DNA of 64,000 nt, from assembly GCA_002269645.1 (NCBI GenBank), contig NIVC01000236.1:434001-498000 (forward strand), written 5' to 3'. Of this stretch, positions 51,303 through 64,000 are shown piece after piece. This stretch comes from Macrostomum lignano. Its lineage: Eukaryota. The notes under the pieces were generated by a model. It saw only the letters and a list, made by a program, of their open reading frames with translations. It did not search any database and was not told the DNA's origin. The position numbers were made by a program, and so were the translations under genes. Every line of letters starts with the position of its first letter. Positions within the stretch are counted from its first letter, which is position 1.

Positions 51303-52228
51303 TGTTGCTGACGGGTTGGGCAGTTAGTCGCGATGTGCCCTGGCTTGTTGCAGAAGAAGCAGCGAATTCCTCCCGTTCGTCGAGGCTTCTGATGGTCGCC
51401 TTCGTCGGAGTCGGTCGGTCGAGCTGCGGCGCTGCTATGCGGTTCCGCTCTCAGCGACTCGAGCTGAACCACTTTGCCTTGAAGCTGCCTCACCAGTTTC
51501 TTCAACTCCTCGAGCTCTTTGTCCTTTTCTTGGGAGTAGGCTCCATCCTCCCGAGGCACAGATTCCGCCGCGCCGCTCACCACGAAGACTCCTCGGTGGC
51601 CGCTGCCAGTTGCTCCAGCCGATCTCGGTCCCTTCGCCGCCTTGGACGCCGCCTCGAGCTGCCTCACCGCGCGTTGTGCTGCCACCAGACCTTCGGGCTG
51701 CTGCAGGTAGAGCTTCTCTCGCTGGAGGTCGGAGAGTCTCACCCCTTGCATGAAGCGATCCTTTGCGAGGTCGTCCTGCAGCTCGGCAGTTGCCGCCGGG
51801 TAGGCACAGCGCACCAGTTCAAGGAGAGCATCTGCGTAGGCCTCCAACGACTCGCCATCCTTCTGATCTCGGGTTTTTAGCTCGACCTTGCTGTCCTGCT
51901 CTGTCCGGTACCGGGAGAAGCGAGCCTCCAACCGGGCGGTGAATCCCTCGTAGTCCAGCGGATCCACAGGATCGTCGGGTCCCGGCAGGTTCAGATTATC
52001 GACCGCAGCGTACGCCGTAGCGAGATCCAGCATGCTCATCAAGTGCTCGCGGCGATGCTCCTCGTCAATCTCGGCGGAGTCGCAATAAGCGTTGAAAGAG
52101 CGCAGCCAGAGTCGAAAATTCATGCTTGACGTGTACTTCACGGGCTTCGGGAGTCTCGGTGGCTGGGCTGGTCCATCCGCTCGCAGACGCTCGGCTAGCA
52201 GCCGAATCAGTTCGTCCACATTCGCCAT
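51248..52228 (-). CDS. gag: Gag (326 aa) with a single CCHC zinc knuckle
   Basis: CFFCNKPGHIATNC knuckle; retrotransposon gag-like QKDGESLEAYADALLEL; located just after the PBS. Confidence 0.9.
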   Translation of the reverse strand: MANVDELIRLLAERLRADGPAQPPRLPKPVKYTSSMNFRLWLRSFNAYCDSAEIDEEHRREHLMSMLDLATAYAAVDNLNLPGPDDPVDPLDYEGFTARLEARFSRYRTEQDSKVELKTRDQKDGESLEAYADALLELVRCAYPAATAELQDDLAKDRFMQGVRLSDLQREKLYLQQPEGLVAAQRAVRQLEAASKAAKGPRSAGATGSGHRGVFVVSGAAESVPREDGAYSQEKDKELEELKKLVRQLQGKVVQLESLRAEPHSSAAARPTDSDEGDHQKPRRTGGIRCFFCNKPGHIATNCPTRQQQGNGKGNFRRGEGVPPRQ

Positions 52229-52252
52229 GACAGCTCACAAGCAAACTGAGCA

Positions 52253-52270
52253 GTCCCTGTTCGGGCGCCA
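52253..52270 (-). promoter_or_regulatory. Primer binding site for tRNA-Lys (TGGCGCCCGAACAGGGAC)
   Basis: 18-mer 1 nt inside the 5' LTR, complementary to the 3' end of tRNA-Lys(UUU). Confidence 0.92.
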
Positions 52271-52271
52271 A

Positions 52272-53237
52272 TGTTGTATCCCCCTTCCTCGCTGGCACGG
52301 CCGGGTTGGGCGACGGGTAGCGGTGTCGGGGTTCGGGTACTGGACTGCCCAGGGCTTACGAGCTCGATCGGCGACCCCGAGGCGTACGGACACTTCGGGG
52401 GGAGGTCAAGGTTGAGAAGTCGAGAGAGAGGGGAGGGGCGGCTGTGGGCGGGCGGCCACTCGACAGCCTGGTGAGTCAAGGAAGAGAGAGAGGGCTGCGG
52501 GCGGTCGGCCACTCGACAGCCTGGTGAGTCAAGGAAAAGAGAGAGGGCTGTGGGCGGGCGGCCACTCGACAGCCTGGTGAGTCAAGGAAGAGAGAGAGGG
52601 CTGCGGGCGGTCGGCCACTCGACAGCCTGGTGAGTCAGACTGAGGAGAGAATGAGAGAGAGAGAGATCAGGAGAGCGACCCCGAGGAACACAGGCAATTG
52701 TCTCGACAGCTTACCGGGCCGGGTCGATTATAGCACTCATACACGGGAAGGCCGATCGATTGCAATAAATTGAGTCTTCGCAGTAAGAGACCGTCTCTAC
52801 GGTTGATCGCTGGTCACGTTCGTTTATTTATCGCGGTGGGCGCAAATGGGCGCAGGCACGGTGAGAAAAGGGGCGGGGTCTGAGCGTCGCCTTAAATAAC
52901 GAGTAAAAAGGGGCAGGGGCGCAAACAAGGGGGGGGAGAAAGGGCTTAAACAATGGAGCTGATTGACAGCTGATTGGCTGCGGCGAGGGGAGGGTGGAAG
53001 CGCGCACGGCCAGGGAGAGGGAGAGAGAGCAGAGGCCCAGCCAATCAGCACGGCTAGCCAAAGGGCTAAACAGCCAAGGCGAGAGAGAGAGAGAAAGAGA
53101 GCAGAGGCTCAGCCAAAGGGCTCATAGCTCCAGACTGGCTTGAGCCGGGGGGGGGGGGTAACAATAATCAACTACCAAAGTCAACAACTATCAAAGTGCA
53201 CTTGCACCAGGGGAGCACTGTGACACAGGTCACAACA
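52272..53237 (-). repeat. 5' LTR (966 bp)
   Basis: Directly repeated at 44671-45637; the only difference I could see is the poly-G length. TATA-like TATTTAAG, AATAAA at 52828-52823, CCAAT boxes. Confidence 0.97.
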
Positions 53238-53600
53238 AAACAAGGTCAGCCGGGTTCGCAAGGGGACAGCGGGACGCTGAAGCACCCCGACTAATTAACT
53301 AAGTTAAAATATTAACACACCCTCTCGGGTAGAGTTGAGTAACAATGTGACATCTGTACACAAAGATTCGCTTAGGATGGGGCCGGGGCCAAGCACTCCA
53401 GCGAGGGCATGCATTGGCGAGGTGGGAAATTTCCGCTGAACCTTCTTGTTCGTCTTCATAAATGGGAAGCAAAATGCAGCACTTCGGGGGGGGGTGTAAA
53501 ATTTCCTAACTCGCCAATGAATTTCCTTGCGTTTAGGGAAATTCGGATTTAATTGGGTCTGCCTAAGAGACCAGACCTCCTCGAGGCCGCTCAACGTGAC

Positions 53601-60479
<6,879 letters not shown>

Positions 60480-61769
60480 TCAATCTGCCAATGTAAAAAT
60501 TGTTTAGCAGTGTGAGAGATACTACTGTTTCGTCGTCCCAACTGGTAAGTAGATCGGCATGTGTTGGATAAATAAATCTAGTGTTTGATTTACATTTGAA
60601 ATAGCTAATTTGTTATAATACCTCTTCCCTCCACGCAAAACAACATTTTCCTTAATTCAATACACCTAAATGAAGCAATACTAATAATAGTGTTGCTGTA
60701 TAACAAATAAATGATAATATTTAATGTTATTAAATTTTATATTTGGTATCAATATCAAGTCAGTGTTTAAATTTCTATTCAAGAAGCCATCAGTAAAATA
60801 TATGTAATTGATTTGACAATTTGGTAGAATCAGTTTATAAAATAGCAGCCGGAGCAATATCACAGAAATTCCTTACCTTTGATTAGTAGATTTCTGTTGA
60901 GAATTTGGTTTGAATATGATCTATGAAGTTATCGCCGATCTTTAAACAGTAATGAATCTGAGTTCGTCTAGAGCTGGCTGTGTCTGCGGTTCCGGGGCTA
61001 TAGCAGTATAGCAAGTATATACGAGAGCTGAGGCCGGATGGCTGGGGTGGGCTATTTTGGGGGTTAGGACCACAGATACTATAAACACTAGATAGGCCAC
61101 TCCAGCTAATTTTCACAACACGACACTTTACTCTACTTTCTGCTTAGTAGTAGTAAAAACATTTTAGCGTTATTTATATTTTTTAAAAATAAAAAAACAG
61201 ATGAATGCAATGCAGCAATTATATTGATTTTATTTGCAAAAAGAAACTTATAATTATACTTTCCACAGTTCAAAGCAACATTGTGAATGCTTTAGATTGC
61301 ATAGAAGGCTATATTATTGCAGTCAACTATTGTATATTTAGCAAATACGAGCTATATCATATACTCCATAATCCATATTCGTGTAGCAAAATAGAAAGAT
61401 TTCTCATCTTAATCAGCTCATCTGTTTGTGAAACTCGCAGCGTGCTGTCGAAGAACAGGGGGTCGCCAGTCGCCCTTGTTCAGAGGCAGCATTCAGAACG
61501 GCCCAACAGATGAAAAAAACTGGCGAATGCGCCACTTCAAGGTCCAGGGATGTATCCGATGGAGAGCCAATCCTCAGTGGTTTCGTAACAGGCAGCCGAT
61601 AAGCAGCAGGACTTTTGTGGTGCAGCTGCAATGAGCTGCTGATGAAATGACATCCTTTGACCAGAGCACCCCTGACTGCGAGCGCCCTGCCGCCCAGTCG
61701 ACCGCTGGAAGCTGCGCTAGCCACGCCTCCACAGTCCATGGATGCACGACTGCGCTGCACTTGCCTTGA

Positions 61770-62720
61770 CCATCGAGAGTTGCCGCTGCAGCCGCTTGAT
61801 TTGCCTGTCGCTTTCGGGATTGCCGCTGCAGCCGCATGATTTGCCTGTCGCTTTCGGGATTGCCGCTGCAGCCGCTTGATTTGCCTGTCGCTTTCGGGAT
61901 TGCCGCTGCAGCCGCTTGATTTGCCTGTCGCTTTCGGGATTGCCGCTGCAGCCGCTTGATTTGCCAGTCGCTTTCGGGATTGCCGCTGCAGCCGCTTGAT
62001 TCGCCTGTCGCTTTCGGGATCGTTGCTGCAGCCGCTTGATTTGCCTGTCGCTTTCGGGATTGCCGCTGCAGCCGCTTGATTCGCCTGTCGCTTTCGGGAT
62101 TGCCGCTGCAGCCGCTTGATTTGCCAGTCGCTTTCGGGATTGCCGCTGCAGCCGCTTGATTCGCCTGTCGCTTTCGGGATCGTTGCTGCAGCCGCTTGAT
62201 TTGCCTGTCGCTTTCGGGATTGCCGCTGCAGCCGCTTGATTCGCCTGTCGCTTTCGGGATTGCCGCTGCAGCCGCTTGATTCGCCTGTCGTTTTCGGGAT
62301 TGCCGCTGCAGCCGCTTGATTCGCCTGTCGCTTTCGGGATTGCCGCTGCAGCCGCTTGATTCGCCTGTCGCTTTCGGGATCGTTGCTGCAGCCGCTTGAT
62401 TTGCCTGTCGTTTTCGGGATTGCCGCTGCAGCCGCTTGATTCGCCTGTCGCTTTCGGGATCGTTGCTGCAGCCGCTTGATTTGCCGGTCGCTTTCGGGAT
62501 TGCCGCTGCAGCCGCTTGATTCGCCTGTCGCTTTCGGGATCGTTGCTGCAGCCGCTTGATTTGCCTGTCGTTTTCGGGATTGCCGCTGCAGCCGCTTGAT
62601 TCGCCTGTCGCTTTCGGGATCGTTGCTGCAGCCGCTTGATTTGCCGGTCGCTTTCGGGATTGCCGCTGCAGCCGCTTGATTCGCCTGTCACTTTCGGGAT
62701 CGTTGCTGCAGCCGCTTGAT
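61770..62720. repeat. Minisatellite, 40-bp unit inside the P-like transposon
   Basis: tgccgctgcagccgcttgatttgcctgtcgctttcgggat, about 24 copies. Confidence 0.96.
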
Positions 62721-62984
62721 CGTTGCCTCTAGCGCTTGGAACCCGCGAATCGGCTGCAGAGGTGAGAGCTTTCAGCCGCAACAGCTGTTCTCGGCGCAGA
62801 ATCTGGTAGCCGAAGGTTGCTCTGCCACAGCACTGGCAGCAGGCAAGTCGCAGGCTCGGCTGCAGATAGATTGCTAATTGGCCCCAGCACTGGAGGGTAC
62901 ATGTCGTCTGCCTCTTCATCGTTTATCAGTCCTTTGCACAGAGGGTTGCTGGTCTATTTGAACGAGCCGAGGCAGCATCAACTC

Positions 62985-63270
62985 TTGGTGTGGGATTGCG
63001 TCCCAGCGAAAACAGATGTCTTGCACATCCGTGGCACTTTGTAAGGCAGCAGTAGGCCTCGTCCATAAAGTGCAAGCCGAACACACGGAGGCCCCGTGAT
63101 TTAATTGTTTATAAAGGTCAATATCCACGCTCCTGCAGTAGCTGCTGCCAGCGCTTCGCCAGTGTCATCTTTTGGTAATTAATGCATTCGCAACGGATTT
63201 TTCTTTCTCGGATGTTAATAGCACTAGTACAAAGCTCGTGCAAGTGGAGCACAGCAGTGGTTCGAATCAA
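62985..63270 (-). pseudogene. Frameshifted THAP zinc-finger remnant (transposase N-terminus)
   Basis: Ordered motifs across shifting frames: NHCCAP, LPKD, LAKRWQQLL, VCS/LHFMDEAY, WDAIP. Confidence 0.65.
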
Positions 63271-64000
63271 AACATTTCTCGAGTACAAGATTAGATAGAA
63301 AAGCTAGTATGCACTCGAACTTTCTTTAACTCTGACTCTTGTCCTGTTCATCTATATAAGCTTGTATTTAAGCACGATTCGCCACCCCCAAATTTTCTAA
63401 CCCACAACCTCTCAACCCCCACCCCTAACCCAGGCTAGCTATGTGCAGTCCTTTATTTTCTATCCCACCACCAGTAGGCCTAAATTATTGATCCACTCAC
63501 CCTGCCTTATACGAAACTGATATTAACCCTATTCCAGACTACCCCCTTCCTCCACTTTGAAAGATAGCGGCATTGCACACTGTCTGTCGCGTCTTAATGT
63601 ACACCATTACTGCACAAAACAAGTTAGTTGTTTATGGCGTTAGCAAAACGATGTCTTAAAAACAGTCACTCGATTTGTCTAATTTAGCAAATAATACTTT
63701 TGCTTCCTTTCATTGCTACTAAGCAGAAAGTAGAATAAAAAACTTGCCCAGAAAATTAGCCTGAGTGGCCTATCTAGTGTTTATAGTATCTGTGGTTAGG
63801 ACTGGCCGCCCCGGCTATCTTAATGGCTGAATCACACTGGAGTAAAGTCTAGTCGAGGCCGGGGGTCATTAACATATGCAAATAAGGTTATGACTGGCTG
63901 ACTGAAGAGAAAGATATCGCATCTCGGGGCAGGCTTTGGGGGTTGGCGTGGGGTGGCGGGTGCGACGGGGGCTGCACTAAGAATCGACCGGGAAGGGGGA

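Larger units (their letters stand above)
44671..53237 (-). mobile_element. Full-length Ty3/Gypsy LTR retrotransposon (8567 bp) with gag, pol and a third ORF encoding a J-domain protein
   Basis: Two LTRs with TGTTGT...ACAACA termini, 4-bp TSD AAAC (44667-44670 and 53238-53241), PBS, PPT, domain order PR-RT-RH-IN. Confidence 0.97.
61071..63794 (-). mobile_element. Non-autonomous P-superfamily DNA transposon (2724 bp)
   Basis: 44-bp TIRs (61071-61114 and 63751-63794, 42/44 identical, starting CACAG = CANRG), perfect 8-bp TSD GTTAGGAC (61063-61070 and 63795-63802), decayed THAP domain inside. Confidence 0.85.

Noticed and set aside
52253-52270. PBS identical to the HIV-1 PBS as a sign of lentiviral origin or contamination
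   Set aside because: It only reflects priming by the conserved tRNA-Lys(UUU); pol motifs and layout are Ty3/Gypsy.
63259-63268. GGTTCGAATC B-box suggesting a tRNA or SINE
   Set aside because: No A-box or cloverleaf; it coincides with the antisense of the THAP remnant start.

Overview
Eukaryotic (animal) genomic DNA with GC-rich spliced genes, AT-rich spacers and about 30 different tandem arrays. This architecture fits a free-living flatworm such as Macrostomum, which is an inference. Most long ORFs in the supplied track are translations of tandem repeats. Genes rebuilt by hand with phase-consistent GT-AG introns: an orphan secreted Cys-rich protein, IQCG/DRC9 with a class A GPCR nested antisense, an intronless divergent AGC-like kinase, a small 4-TM protein, GTP-type PEPCK head-to-head with a DUF1330-like gene, and CtBP with a cadherin-like gene nested on the same strand. 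The standout is a full-length, very young Ty3/Gypsy LTR retrotransposon (44671-53237, minus strand; near-identical LTRs, AAAC TSD, tRNA-Lys PBS). Its third ORF, in the env position, encodes an intact HPD-containing J-domain (DnaJ/Hsp40) protein with candidate retrovirus-style splice signals. It appears to sit in the CtBP 3' UTR. A P-superfamily DNA transposon (44-bp TIRs, 8-bp TSD, decayed THAP, internal 40-bp satellite) lies just upstream of CtBP. One intronic minisatellite is an amplified copy of its own gene's exon/intron junction.
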